From positions 334,093 to 398,092 of the forward strand of contig PS015059.1 of NCBI GenBank assembly GCA_048213135.1: 64,000 nucleotides of DNA, given 5' to 3'. The translations under genes were made by a program, and so were the position numbers. Origin of the DNA: Reclinomonas americana ATCC 50394. Its lineage: Eukaryota. Below the pieces are notes generated by a model that saw nothing but the letters and a program-made list of their open reading frames with translations, was not told where the DNA came from and ran no database searches. Positions 1-26,154 of the stretch are shown here, piece after piece. Position 1 is the first letter of the stretch; every line of letters begins with the position of its first letter.

Positions 1-23
1 GTGTGTCGTCGTCGTCGTCGTCG

Positions 24-150
<127 letters not shown>

Positions 151-157
151 TGCATAC

Positions 158-249
158 CTGAGTCAGGGAGCGCAAAGAACTCTGGCTGCGGAGTCGATCC
201 TGTTGCCGAGCGCTGCTCACTGTGCACATGCATACACACACTCATTCAG

Positions 250-287
<38 letters not shown>

Positions 288-438
288 GAGACACACACCG
301 CAGTTCGCGCAGTCGCTCAATCACATCTGGTGTGATTGCTGGCTTCGCAGGTCGGTCTCCGTCGCGGGCGACCTCCGGTGGAAGCGAGGAGTCCACGAGA
401 GGAAAGAGAAAGCCTCCGTTGGCCTCGAGAGTGCTCAT
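158..438 (-). CDS. 5' part of an unknown spliced gene (exons 438-299 and 219-158); continues off the left edge
   Basis: ATG at 438. The CG|GTGTGT...CACAG|T junction is in frame and gives MSTLEANGGFLFPLVDSSLPPEVARDG...LRELREQRSATGSTPQPEFFALPDS, followed by donor G|GTATGC at 157. Confidence 0.55.
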
Positions 439-872
439 TGAAGTGACAGAAAATGGGAATGAGTCCTGCATGTGGAAGGACTTTGCTAGGCTCGTCGACG
501 TATGTTTCTTCTCAACAGAGGAGAGACGAAGTGAACTGCACGATTGTCTGCCTTCACGCTCGATCCGTTCCCCTGCATCCGCGGCCCTCGACCCTTGTAC
601 ATGGCAGGATAACGGGTCAAAACTCGTCGACCCTACCCTTGACCCTTGATCCATAAGGTTGGTCAAAACTCCGTCCCCAGTATGTACACTCGACCTTTGT
701 GCCCTCACCCTTCTGTCCTTGCATCCATAATCCTGAATCCTAATGATTGGTCACGACATCGGGCCCAGCATGCTTGACTCACCGACCCTTGTGCCCTTGT
801 TGCATCCATACCCCTCGACCCTTGGGAACAAGTACACCCTTGCCTCCACGGTCCTACAAACGTCACGTTTCT

Positions 873-3109
873 TTACGAGGGAATAAACAGATTGCAGTTG
901 TTCACCGAGCCCGTCAGCCGGTCCCAGCCTGTCAGAATCCACACTTGGCCTCTGTAGTAGAAGGTCGCGTTTCTTTTCAGTCACAGGCTACGCTTTCTCA
1001 CCCCCCTGCTGCCCTGCTCCACACCACGCAACGGATAGCTGGCGAATGCGAAAATGGCGATCAGGACCAAGTAGAAGATGAGGAAGGAGCGCATCGAGTC
1101 GTCGGTGTGGGCGGGTTTGCGACACACGCGGAACAGGCGATACCGATCCTTGTAGGTTCTGCGCTCGTCATCAAACAAGATTCAGGCGTCACCGTCGGAG
1201 ATAGTGAGTTGCCCTCCCAACGCAACTCGAGAATGTTGGCCACAATCGTCATGAGAGTAATCATGGGGAAGGTGGTCATGCCGATCCACATGATGAACTG
1301 GCGGTAGAGAACAGATAGATACTCCTCGGCAATGTCGAACTCGGGCTGCGAGAGGTGACAGCGTGAGCAACGCGCATTCAACCCTAATGGCTGCAATAGA
1401 CGTAACTCGCTTCATGTCATCGGCCATCTTGTCGAGCTTCTTGCGACACAAGCAGTAGCGGATGCGCGCGACAATGGGCGGCATGATCAGCTCCACCAGA
1501 TTCAACACAAAAATGTCGATAATGACGACCCAGAAGAACTGCCCGTGATTACACAATAGTGAGTGCACCAGCACACAATGTCAGTCTCATTCGCCGACAC
1601 CGCACCTGATCTGCACGCCCAGCACACACACACATAGTCAGCAATCACAACGACTCAGCGCCCGCAATCAAACCACCTCACCTCCGATCTTATTCATCGG
1701 GCAGTTGTTTGGATCGTCGGGGTACGACTTGACCACGTAGACGACCACAATGTTGCACATCTTGAAGGCCATGAGCTTGAAGAGCAGCTGCTTGTGCTTC
1801 TGGCTCACAGTGCGTAGTCTGCACGTACACAAACAGAGAGACAGTGAGTACATCACACAGAAAACCACAGCACTTCTCAAGGAAGAAACCTCTCAAAATT
1901 AGTGAGAATGTACGCCAGCCGCTTCCAGATCAGGTTGAGAATGACCATGACAATCACAATAATAATGGACTGCGTGGTGTTATTGTTGCTGCTGCCGATG
2001 CGGGAAATCACAAACGTGCCGACACCCTGCATGCACACACAGCGATTCAGCAACTGCAGTCGTCAGCTCGCTCTTTGTCGCGCGTAACTTGCACGCCGAG
2101 TGTCAGCGCAAACACAAAGTACGAAATGACGATACGCGCCGTGCGGTACGACACGTGACGGTTCTCCGGAATATCATCCTCGCCCTCCTCACGGAACCGG
2201 AGGTCGGTGCTCTCCTTGTGTCGTGCGGCATACGCACCCTTCAACCACAGTGCGTAGAGCGGCGCAAACGCCGCCATAATGACCACCGCCACAATGTTGG
2301 TGATTAGCCAGTACGGACGCGTCTTCACAAGGTACGAGCCCACAAAGAGAATGTAGTTAAAGTCGACCTTCTGCTTGATCTCGGCGCCATGCACAAAGTG
2401 CAGAACCCAGTTGATGGCCTCTGCATCACCCCGTGAGAAAGCCACAGACGCCGGGGGTGGCAGCGGAGGCAACGCAACGAGCGGCAAACACCAGCATAGT
2501 GACGTACGTCATAAAGTTGACAAAGTTAAAGTACAACCACACGCCCATGCCGTACGTCTCCTCCACCTCGGCCAACGAGCAACACATGGAGAGATCCGGT
2601 CGCTGATGCTCATTCTGTGCATCGCGCGTCTTGCTGGCGCCACCACGTGGCGACCGCGGCCCATCCAAGTGCTCACGCGCAGCCGCCTGTCGACTTGTGG
2701 TCATGCGTCCCGATGGCGACGCCAGTGCGTACTCGTCCGCTGCCTCCTGACCATTGACTGCTCTTGCAATCAGTGAAAACAAGCAAACAAACGAGCAAAG
2801 GGCCCAAGCATCGCGCAACTATCAACACTGGTCTCTGGCACATGACCTGTGCATGCATGCCTGTTGATTAGCATGACAGTGAGCATGAGGAGCCCTTGAG
2901 GCACTGTACTGACCGATCGGATGCATCTCTCGAGGTCCGTTGGGATTAAGCGCGCGGATTCTGGCCGGTGATGCAGCACCGCCGAGAGGTAATGGAGGTG
3001 GAGGCGCAGGCACCATTGCAGTGCTGTTGTGCACCACAGAGACATCGACCGGAACATGATTGGCGTACTCATTGGCCGCGAGAAAGCGCGAGTTGTTGGG
3101 GTCCTGCAT
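873..3109 (-). CDS. TMC (transmembrane channel-like) family protein, about 11 exons, roughly 520 aa
   Basis: Spliced translation has TMC-like motifs YGMGVWLYFNFVNFMTY, LTNFERLRT, CPMNKIGDQFFWVVIID and PEFDIAEEYLSVLYRQFIMWIGMTTFP. All junctions are GT-AG and in frame; stop TAA at 873-875. Confidence 0.8.
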
Positions 3110-3489
3110 GTTGGTGAGGGCACTCTCTCTGTGTGTGTGCGCGCGTGTCTCTGGTGAAGAGAGAGAGGAGGCACACGCTGCGCTCTCTCCGTGTCTGGTG
3201 TGCGACGGGCGAGTGTCCGATTGTCCGGGCGCTCGACGTTGAGAAACAGAACTCTTGTAAAGGAAAAGTCTGAGAGGCTCACATACACCAGTGCAACAGG
3301 TTCATCATGTGCGAAGAGTGCAGCGATCTTGAATTCCTTCAGTGGATTTCTGCAGCGCGACGTCGACCACAATACTGGACGTCACGACGTCGATGACTCA
3401 GTGCCCTCTCGATCTGTTCCTTGCATACCCGAAACTCTGAGAGCGAGCACAGAACACTGTTATGAAACCCAATGGCCACCGCTGCCCAT

Positions 3490-3560
3490 GTTTTGGAAGG
3501 TTGGAGATGGTCCAAGCCAGCTGTTGCTTGTTGTTGGTGAATGAATTGTTGTTGTTGATA
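3490..3560 (-). repeat. Dispersed intergenic element, inverted 5' fragment
   Basis: Reverse complement reads AACAACAACAATTCATTCACCAACAACAAGCAACAGCTG..TCCAAAAC, matching 9866 onward. Confidence 0.75.
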
Positions 3561-3599
3561 TAAACCGAGCTAGTGCGACCGTTCACTCGCAGCGATATC

Positions 3600-5985
3600 T
3601 CACTCGGATAGCGAGGCGATAGTGTCGGCAATGGTGACCTCGGGGGCGTGCCAGTGAATGTCAAGATCGCGCACGGCCTTGGTGCAGTGGACGACTGGGC
3701 GTGCGTCGGGCGCGGAGAAGCCAGTCGGATCGAATTTGGTGGTGCCGAGAGACTTGGCCAGCAGCTCGCCGAGTTCCTGTGCTTTATGCGTCAGCAGCAA
3801 GAGAGTGGTGCGAGCGCGTGTGGACACAAAAAATGCTCACCAAAGCAGAGACGACGTACGGGCACAGGCAGTAGCGACCCGAGGCCGTGTCGGCGCGCTC
3901 GAACGCCCGCACGTGCGCCTCCACCACGTCGCGCACATCGACAAACGACAGGAAGGCGTTGGGCTTGCGAGTGCCGTCGTGGAAGCCCGCCAGCATTTGA
4001 ATCGAGGTCGACGAGGGCGGATGGCGATCCAGCGGGTTGATGACGGGTCCCCAAATGAGGCACGGGTTCATGGTCACCAACTTGGTGGTGCACGACGCCT
4101 GCACGCGCCACGCATGTCAGCGAGCGAATACACACAGAGAGAGGACGTGCCACGCAACTCCGGCGTCAGCAATCATGGACCACGCAGCCTCCTCCGCCAT
4201 GCGCTTCGACAGCGGATACCACTGGCCGTTCTCGGGGGACGACGACCGATTCCACGACTCCTCGTCGTACTCGACGCCCGGGCGAGGTGGCGAATCGTAC
4301 ACGGCGGCCATGGAGGAGGTGAGAATTACCTGAAGACAAGGAAGCGTCAGAGCGCACAAAGAGGAGGCGAGGGCGAGACAACCAATGTATGAAAATCGAA
4401 GAATGCACGCTGAAGCACAGCGGAAACGAGAGAGAGAGAGAGAGAGAGAGAGAGTGTGTGAGAGAGAGAGAGAGAGAGTAGTGCGTAGGAGAGGTCGGAC
4501 GAAGGAGGAGAGAGAAGAGAGACGTAGGAAAGGGAAAAAGGAGGCGTGGACAGTACGGACGGGTACGTAGTAGGTAACTACAACGTAGGAGTAGGTTACG
4601 ACCAAACGAAAACGAAANNNNNNNNNNNNNNNNNNNNGAGAGAGAGAGAGAGTGTGTGAGAGAGAGAGAGAGAGAGAGTTGCGTGGAAGAGTGGGCCAAG
4701 AGGAGAAGCGAAGAGAGACTGAGGGAAAAAGGAGGCTGGCATGACGGGTCATGATCAACTGAGAGTTGCACAAGAACTAAAAACCCGAGAGAGAAAGCAA
4801 AAACACGATCTCGCATGGCGAGTGGAGGGCGGAGTACGAACAGCTGAAGGAGCTTGAACGAGAATAGCACGCAAAAGGGGGAGAGAGAAGAGCAAAAGAG
4901 CATGAACCCATGAGAGCATCGGAAACGAGCGATGTGAGACCACGACAAGAGCAGGAGAGAGGAGAGCATGACGAGCAACGAACATGAACCCTGAAAAGCA
5001 TCGGAGCACGACAAGAGCACGTGAGCTGAGAGACTTGCGACGACCAAAAGAGCATGAACTGTGAAAGAAGCGAAACGAGCGAGATTTGTGCCACTTCGAC
5101 GAGAACGGGAGAGAGAAGAGACTCGCATGACGAGCAAACGAGTATGAACCCAAGAGAGCGTCAACAACGACTGCGATCAGTGCAAGACCTACGCATCCAG
5201 GAGGCCAAGCGAAGACAACGAAAGCCAGGAGAAGCACACATGGCAAGCAACGGAACGTGAACCCAAGAGAGAATCGAAAACGAACGCGACTTGTGCCACC
5301 ACGAGAAAGGAGAGACTTGCGTGACGAGCAAAGGCATCAGGAACGACTGAGAACGGAGAAGACCCAATACAGGCCAAGCGAAGACCAGGAGAAACACACA
5401 TGACACGAATCGAAGAGAAAACCGAGCGAGACTTGTGCCACCACGAGAAGGGAGAGACTCGCACGACGAGCAAAGGCATCAGCAAGCAAAAGTCCCCGCA
5501 AGACAAGTGACCCCTTCTCCCCCTTCTCCATTCCCCATCGCCCTCACCTGCGGAACCTTGGCCTCCAACGCCGCCCGCATCACCCTCTGCGTGCCATGCA
5601 CTGCCGGCCGAATCAAGTCCTCCTCCGGATCAGAGGTGTGAAAGAAGAACGGCGACGCCGTGTGAAACACACAAGCACAGTCGCGGAAACACTCCGCAAA
5701 CGTCGCCGCGGTGCTCTCCTCCTCGCCCAGCAAGCTCGCCTCCACCAGCTGCAAGTGTGTCTCTGCGTGTGGCAACTCGCGCAGGTAGGCAACGCGGTCG
5801 GGGCGCGACAGGTCGCGCACGGTGCCTCGGACCTTTGTGTGCACAGGTCAGTGACATGCAGAGAGAAATGCATTCGTTGTTTGTGGCATGAGACGCACTT
5901 GGTAGCCACGTTCCAACAGGAGTTTAACCAGGTGGCCGGCGAGGAAGCCACTGGCGCCGGTGACTGCAACGGGGGGAGAGCTCAT
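3600..5985 (-). CDS. NAD(P)-dependent epimerase/dehydratase, flavonoid-reductase/CCR-like extended SDR (5 exons)
   Basis: [30 protein letters not shown] Rossmann motif, FHTASPF, VILTSSMAAV, catalytic YPLSK, FVDVRDVVEAH. Confidence 0.92.
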
Positions 5986-6386
5986 GAGACTGACAAAGTG
6001 GAGTTACTCCGAAAGACGGGCTTGTCCTCCGCGGTGGAAGGGCAACTTGCACTCGAAGGCGAGGTGGCTGCGAACCGTGCCAGTTGTGCTTCTTGTCTGC
6101 AGCTGGATCGAGAAGAGAGTTTGCTGTTTCAACAGTCGTGCACGTGATCAACTGCAAGCCAGCACTCCATCAGAACGCAGTTGCAATTGACTTCTCGTTT
6201 GCAACTGGTTCGAGAAGTGAGTTTTGCTTTGTCACTTCGCGGTCGGGGACTCGAGCGTGCAGTACTGTGCCACGATGCAATCGACAGATGAGTTCCGCCT
6301 CACTATGGACAGGGAAGGGAGCAGTGCAGTAGTGCAGTCGACGACGAAGTGCAGGTCAAGACACGTCGAAGAGAGTTCACTGCTTT

Positions 6387-7806
6387 TCACTTTGGAACCC
6401 ACGTGCAGTCGTGACGACGAAGCATGTTGCGGAAGAGCGGCCAGAACTCAAAGGTGCGGTACTGCAGCACACACACACAGAAGGCAAGAAACGGTGAGGC
6501 CAATGTGCATCTCGTTCTCTCTGCTGCAGCGCGCGCAACTTCGATGCCGAACTCCTTGCAGGTCTGACGCAGCACGGGGTCGAGAGCGTGCAGTCGCGAG
6601 TGGTCTACTGTGGGGAACAGGTGGTGTAGGATGTGGTAGTTGAGTAGCGCGAAGCCGAAGAGCGAGAGCGCCAGGTTGGCGGTCACAGAGTGGTCGGAGC
6701 TGGCGGCCACGATGTGTCGGCCAAAGTCGAGTTGCGGGTTGGCGTCGCCCTCTGCATCCCAGCATGGTTGGGGAATTGCAAAATAGGGGAAGCGCGCTAA
6801 TGCACTGGGCTCACCTGTCCACGCGAAATCGGTGCGGTGCACGGAGAACGAGGTGGCCACCAGCATCCACGACGCAGTCCACTGCATCACAAAGAAGAGC
6901 AGGAGACCGCGGCCCACGCCGAGACTTCCCATGCACACGGCAGCCTCGGCCACCGACAGCATGATCTCCGGTCGCATGTGCTCCCGTCCCAACACGATGC
7001 ATCCCCACCGACGGACGTAGTCGATCGTGCTGGCCAGCGCGCACACAATGTGGAACGACACGTTGACAATCACCGGATTGCGTGGCTTGTTGGTCATAAA
7101 GTACAGGAACGGCTCAATGCTCTGTAGGCGAGGGTGAGGATTTCTTGTCGGAGAACACGGCTGCCATCGTGCACCACGCAACGCTAATCTCCGTGTCCAA
7201 CTCGGTGTTGGTGAAAAAGTGGTGCGAGATGGCATGCGAAATGCGCCAGTCTGTATGTGCGTATAAGGGAGGGTGAATAGTCGCGGCAGGTGATGGGAGG
7301 GGAAGGGAAGAGGGCATCGGCAGCAACGATGATGTGAGAAGAGCGTCAGGTCGAACGTGTACATCCACCAATTGTCGGCCTTGTGGAAGAAGTTGTGCCC
7401 GACTCCAATCAGGCCGTGCTGTGAGGGCGCGAGAGAATCAGGGACTTGTGAGGAGAAGAGGGGAAAGCGGAGAGCGGAGGCAAAATGGAAGCACAGCAAA
7501 TAGCAGAACGAATCCGGCTCAGTGAATGCGACAAGGAGGCCGGGACACGACAGGGAGGGGAAACAGAATGCATGAGGCAGGTAACAGGAAGCGGAGAGAT
7601 ATGGCTGGAGCGAGAGAGAGAGAGAGAGAGAGAGAAGGAGGAGGGGCAGCAGGAAGAAGAAGACGAACAATGAGGAGGGAGGGAAGGGGAGGGCGGACGA
7701 AATTAGAACCGGAGATCACCAGAACATGGCAAAACATAGTCAACAGGAGAGAGCACGCCAGACGGAACGGGAAACACAGCAGAGATTGTCACGTACATTC
7801 ACAAAG

Positions 7807-7839
<33 letters not shown>

Positions 7840-8806
7840 NNNNNNNNNNNNNNNNNNNNTGCAAACGAAAAGAGAAATGGAGACCACTGGAATACGAGCG
7901 AAAACAAAGGAAACGGGAGAGGAGCCGGGAGACACTGCAAAAGATAAGCGTGAGGCAAGTGCAGTACAAAGGAGGGGAGAGAAAGGGGAGAGAGAGAGCG
8001 CGCGCAAGAGAGAGAGAGAGAGAAAGGGGGAGAGAGAGAGAGAGAGAAAGCGGAGAGAGAAACAGAGTGCGCATGACGAAATAGGGATGGAAGGAACAGC
8101 ACGAGAGAAGCAGAAGAACAGGCAGACGATCGCAGCAAGACAGAAGCCTGCCCAAGAACACAGAGTGAGAAAACGAGCCTGCAAGACAGCCCCCCTCTCT
8201 CTCTCCCCTCCCTTTCCTCCTTTTCTCTACATCTCCTCCCCCTTTCCCCCGTTACCCCCGCTCACCAAAAACACCCCCGCCACCGACGCCATCCACATCG
8301 AGTCCCACGCACACATGAGCGCCACGCTCGCCGCCCACCCCAACAGCGCAAACCAGCACAGCGCCAACATGTACGCCGTCGGGCCCGTCACCAGCTCCTT
8401 CTTGCCCGACGATTGCTGCAACACCGCTGCGGCACGACGTTTCATGGTCTTGTAGAAGCCTGACTCCTCGAACGTGTACCGCGGCGGAGCGAGAGGTCTC
8501 TCCGCATCGCACACGTAGTACTTGGCGAGAATGGCGTCGACCTTTTGCTGGTTAAAGTGGTGAGTCTCGTAGGCCTCGGTGACGTCGGAGCCCCTGTGTG
8601 GATGCAGAGAGAGGAGGGTGAGGAAGGAGAGGGAAATGGAGGGAAAAGGGAGCGTAGGGGAGAGACAAGAAGACAGACAGTCAGGTAGCGAGTCAGACAG
8701 CGAACACTGAGAGAAGAAGGTGAAGAGAAGCAGTGTGCACCAGAAGGTGACACTGAGATGGGAGACGAGAAAGAGAGGGCTGGAGAGAGAGAGAGAGAGA
8801 GACAGA

Positions 8807-8877
<71 letters not shown>

Positions 8878-9182
8878 GGGTTCGAAATGATGATTGTGAT
8901 GCATTCTTCCTTTCTTCGCAACTTGGTCAACTGCAACCAGGCATTGCCACCAGGATGGTCAAAGGTCGACAGATCATACCACTTGCCATGCACACACCAC
9001 AGCGAGTGTGCGGCGTTCTTGCTGGTCGCCTCCGGAGGCCACCTTTTCCCGTCGATTTCGGCTTTTTCGCGCGCCCACACCACGGGCGATTCCATCAACT
9101 GCGAATTGCGAGAGGGCAGGGGTTCGCGCCCGGGAAGAGGCTGTGGAGAGCGAACGGGGCCGCGTGGAACCGAGTTGCCCAT
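6387..9182 (-). CDS. Cytochrome b5-fused fatty acid desaturase-like protein (Cyt-b5-related type)
   Basis: Cyt b5 motif WYDLSTFDHPGG...GSDVTEAYETHH; His boxes GHNFFH, WRISHAISHH and HILHHLFPTVDH; N-terminus MGNS. Confidence 0.9.
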
Positions 9183-9865
9183 TCGCACACACAAAAGATA
9201 CGGTAATCGGACAGACGGACGCAAGCGAGTGCGTCAGTGTCTTTGTGTGATCGTCAGTCGCCTCGGGGGTCATTGAAGCCTTTACGAAGAAGTGTACATG
9301 TCGAATAGAATATATACCTGCGCATGTCCACAAGTCCAGCACAAGTAATCTTCTCCTCACTCGTGCAAACAGCATCAGCACGCACGCTGCGCATGCGCAT
9401 GCCTGCGCGTTCCAGGTCGTGTTCCAAAGAACGGGGCTTGAGCAGTCGCTGGTCGCTGTCCGAGATCAACTGCAACGATTGTGTACGAATTCGAACGCTC
9501 GCTGCGTGCGGAAACTTTCTTTTTGGCGACATCAATCGCGAAGCACGTGCACTGTTACGGCACGACTCGCTGTGTACCTGCGATTGACCACAAGCTAAAG
9601 TCAGAAGAATTTGGACACATGTGCTTGAGCTTGGCATCATAGCACTTGCCATTGAAAGCAGGCGTGAATATTCAAGTGCATTGAAAGTCCATATATACAT
9701 CAAAACCGGGTACATTATAACACAGCTGAACAGTAGTTGCGGCAGTCCGCATCACAGCCAGACACTCCTAGGGTGGGTTAGTCAGTGCCACCTCCGTTCG
9801 AACCCAACTTGACAACGTGGGCGCGCGCCGAAAAAGGAAAACACCAACCGCTGCTGCTATCCGTT

Positions 9866-9971
9866 AACAACAACAATTCATTCACCAACAAACAAGCAAC
9901 AGCTGTCTTGATGACCAAGTTCAACCGTATCCAAAACATCAACACAGACACCAATCTTGAGGCAGCAGCAG
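9866..9971 (+). repeat. Dispersed intergenic element, 5' fragment
   Basis: CACCAACAAACAAGCAACAGCTGTCTTGATGACCAAGTTCAACC..TCCAAAACATCAACACA..TCTTGAGGCAGCAGCAG matches the starts of the 28938 and 32508 copies. Confidence 0.85.
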
Positions 9972-10431
9972 TAATTATACACGTACACGCCAGTGCATGC
10001 AGTACACCGTTTCTTCTCCAACACCGAACGCCAGTCAACCTCACCAACACTCGACGGTCTGGTGAACGACAGGGTGTGCCACCACCCCGGTACGGTTGCG
10101 CAGCAGGCCGCAAAATCACAGCGCGCACGCATGCGCGCGTGCGCCTTCGCCTTACGAAATCGATCGCGATCGCTCAAGGCCAAACTCGCTGCATTGCACG
10201 ATGCAGGCGCACGTGCGTGCCTCCTCCTATCTGTGAACTTCAACAGCAACCCAATGGGCACAATGCAGCACGCGGCAATTGGTTCTGTTTTCTTGCTATT
10301 AGCCAAAAGATTGTTGGCCAAACTCCGCAGCGTTTTATCCTTCGTCGTCTGAGAAACAGCAACACCAACCGCTAAAAACACGTTTTTCTATTCACACGCG
10401 CACGCTGAGGCATAACGAAGTGCATGCCACC

Positions 10432-20443
<10,012 letters not shown>

Positions 20444-20682
20444 AGCGCTGCGCGTCACGCTGGGACCTAATAATCAACGTAATAAGGCTGTACAACTGTG
20501 ATATACATAAAGTGTGTTTCTAGAACAAGATGTACCGTAAGCACAGACAGCGCGTAAGGGAGAGTGTTCCTCCACAGACGTGCAGTGGACATTCGCAACG
20601 AGCGTAGCCAACGTCAGTCTTGCGCAGCGCTGTGAAGCTGTGAATGAATGCGTCGGAACATGCTTGCGGCACAGTCGGCGCT

Positions 20683-21167
20683 CTATTGTGAAGATGATGA
20701 TGACGAGGAGGAGGAGGAGGAGGAGGAGGAAGAAGAAGAGGAGCCAGCCTCCTCCGGCGTCTGCGTGCGCAGCGACAAGGCGTGCACATGCGACGCCAGA
20801 TCGTCCTTCAACAACGTGTTGACCATTCTGTGTCGCTGCATCAGCGTCTTGCCCGCAAACGCCGACGACACCACATGAACGCTGCGTCGAGGCAACACAA
20901 CGGCTAAGACAGACGCGGAGAAGAGAGGGTGGGAGGCGTGAGGCGCACGCAACGTAAAGTGGGTTTCGGTGGCGTTGAGACCCTTCATCGCCGCGTGGCC
21001 AGCGTGCTCCGCAGAATTGTCGTCGATGGTGAGGGCAAGTGGGGCGAGGCTGGCGAGGGGGCAGAGTGAGAAGAACGAGAAGGGGAAGGAGGAGGAGGAG
21101 GAGGAGGAGGAGGAGGAGGAGAAGGAGGAGGAGGAGAAGAAGAAGAAGAAGAGAGAGAAGAAGAAGA

Positions 21168-21222
<55 letters not shown>

Positions 21223-21425
21223 GACGACGACGTACGTACGTACGTACGTACGTACGTACGTACCGTNNNNNNNNNNNNNNNNNNNNNNNNNNNNNNNNNN
21301 NNNNNNNNNNNNNNNNNNNNNNNNNNNNNNNNNNNNNNNNNNNNNNNNNNNNNNNNNNNNNNNNNNNNNNNNNNNNNNNNNNNNNNNNNNNNNNNNNNNN
21401 NNNNNNNNNNNNNNNNNNNNNNNNN

Positions 21426-21511
<86 letters not shown>

Positions 21512-21723
21512 AAGAGAAGAAGAAGAAGAAGAAGAAGAAGAAGAAGAACAAGAAGAAGAAGAAGAAGAAGAAGGAGGAGGAGGAGGAGGACGAGGAGACA
21601 CGATCTCTCTCTCATTCTCTCTCTCCAGTCTCACCCTTCCAACAACTTGCGCCGCATGGACGCATACACAGGTCGCGCAAGCGCTGCTGCAGAGGACGCC
21701 ATATCACTCTCTTCTGCGCTCAT
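20683..21723 (-). CDS. BOLA1: BolA-like protein (BolA1 type), 3 exons
   Basis: RKLLEGLAPLALTIDDNSAEHAGH...ETHFTVHVVSSAFAGKTLMQRHRMVNTLLKDDLASHVHALSLRTQTPEE. Confidence 0.93.
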
Positions 21724-21805
21724 GCACCACAACAAACAATGAAAGACAAAGACGAGGACACAGAGAGTGAGAGGACACACTAAGTGAGAGACAGACGGAG
21801 AGAAA

Positions 21806-23545
21806 ATGGACTCTGGGCCTCTGCGCTTCATCAGTGAGAAGGAGGTATGCAAGTAAGCAAAGCGAGAAAGAGAGAGAGAGAAGGAGGGAGGGAGAGAGAC
21901 AGAGAGACTGAGAGTGGCGTCTGAAGCAAGAGAGAGAGAGAGAGAGAGGCAGGAAGAGAGACAGAGGAAGAGACTGGGAGAGAGGTCCTCCCTTGCCTTT
22001 GAATGCAAAGAGAACTGAGAGAGAGAGAGAGTCAGGCATCAGTGTCATTCTTCTCTCTCACTCTTCACTCACTCTCTGTGAATAGCTTGCGGAGAAGCAT
22101 GCGAACGAGGAGGCAGCGCATGTGGGAGCACCGGATGCGCCGTATGATCCGCGACCGCTGTTTGAGAAGCTGCAGGAGCATAGGCAGGCGGCGGAGGATA
22201 AGTTCATGGAGCGATTCAAGAATCGTTGCGCGTGATAGGAGACAGGGAGGGAAAAGGGGAGGAGAAGGGCAGTCGTGGGGATAGGTGCAGAGGGAGAGAA
22301 TGGCTTGTCAGGAGCTGATTCGGCGCTGGGCATGAGAAGAGAACGATGCGGAGACAGGCGCAGGGAAGAGAAGAACGGTGCTGGGCTGAGAGGGAGAGAA
22401 TGGGCTGATTCGTCACTTGGGATAAGAAGAGAATGATGCGGAGACAGGCGTGGGAAAGAGGCTGTCACTGAGCATGAGAAGAGAACGATCGGGCGACAGG
22501 CACGTGGGATGCGGATCTTCACCTGGGAATGGCTTGTCAGGAGCGGATTATGTGTGGAGACAGGCGTGGGAAGAGAGGAAGGCTGCTGGGCTGAGAGGCT
22601 TGCAAGGAGCTGATTGGTCACTGGGGATAAGAAAAGAACGATGCGGAGACAGGCGTGGGAAAGAGGCTGCTGGGGGAGAGAATGGCTTGTCAAGAGCTGA
22701 TGCTTCAACGGCGATTAGATGCGGAGAAAAGCGTGTGAAAGTGAGAGAGAGAAAAGTGGCTTGTTCGGCTCTGGTACAAGACGAGAACAGTGCTGCAACT
22801 TCCGGGCTGTGAAACATGATTGAGTAACAGCAGCGTGAGGGATAAAAGGGCACTGGGAGGGGGTCGTTGACTGAAGGCGAGAAAGGGAAAGCAGAGTTAT
22901 GGCTCACATTTCCTCTCCCTTTTGCCCTTTCCCTTCTCCTCGCAGTTCCGCCGGCGGCCATCAGCGACGAAGATGCGGCGTTTCTCAACTCACAGCTGGC
23001 CGCGCAGCGCATGAAGGAGAGAATGCAGTACAGCCGCGATGAGGACGAGCTGCGACACTTTCGAGTTGCGCCTCTGCTTCTTCTTCGTCGTTGTCGTCGT
23101 CGTCGTCTCCTCACCATCTCTTTCACAGCTGGCCGTCTCCTCGATTGTGCGTCACGATGTGCACGAGCCGAGTGAGGTGCTGTTGCCGCCCACGATCCAG
23201 GCTCCGCTAGAGACAGTAGACAGCGCGTCGCCCACGTCGCTCTTTGCCGGCGTGTTGGCCACGCAACGTGCTGGCGGGGCCGCAAAAAAGACTGGATTCG
23301 GTCCGGTGGTGGTGGCGGCGCGACCAAAGAAGCCCGGTCAGCCGTCGTCGCCCGCTGTGGTGCTGGTGGCGCCGGCGGAGAAGAAGCGACCGCGCGAGGC
23401 TGGGGCCGACGAGGCGGAAGAGGAGCGTGCCACAAAGAGAGCCAACAATGCCACCACAGCCAAAGGCGAAGACGTCGATGATGCTGGCGTGCTGGGTGCG
23501 CTGGCTGGGTACGGGTCGGGCGACGACGACGATGATGAGGAATAG
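21806..23545 (+). CDS. FAM192A: FAM192A/NIP30/Fyv6-like nuclear protein, 4 exons
   Basis: RFISEKEL...PYDPRPLFEKLQEHR...FMERFKNLPPAAISDEDAAFL and C-terminal LGALAGYGSGDDDD. Confidence 0.85.
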
Positions 23546-23655
23546 ATGAATCAATGGGGATGTGTTGTTGGGGAAAATAAGAGATGCCGCGTGCGTTCAT
23601 TAATCTATGGTGAGTGAGCGAGCAAGCGAGCGACAAAAATGGGCCAGCGGAAAAT

Positions 23656-26056
<2,401 letters not shown>

Positions 26057-26154
26057 TTCCTCGCGCGTTGTGTTGATGAAGAGAAACGATTGATTGGTTC
26101 ACTGGTGGATCAATGTGACTGCTTCTCTCTCTTGTGTGTTGTGGTGGGGGGCGA

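Noticed and set aside
9200-10430. Search for snRNA or tRNA genes in the larger intergenic regions (also 47110-47640, 48480-49140)
   Set aside because: No U1 5' end, U6 ACAGAGA-box context or tRNA cloverleaf recognised by eye; a covariance-model search is needed to exclude them.
21220-21266. TACG/ACG/CGT-rich stretches beside N gaps (also about 4540-4617, 12800-13050, 28376-28490, 63226-63320)
   Set aside because: They occur only at gap edges after microsatellites and follow the TACG pyrosequencing flow order, so they are most likely read-end artefacts.
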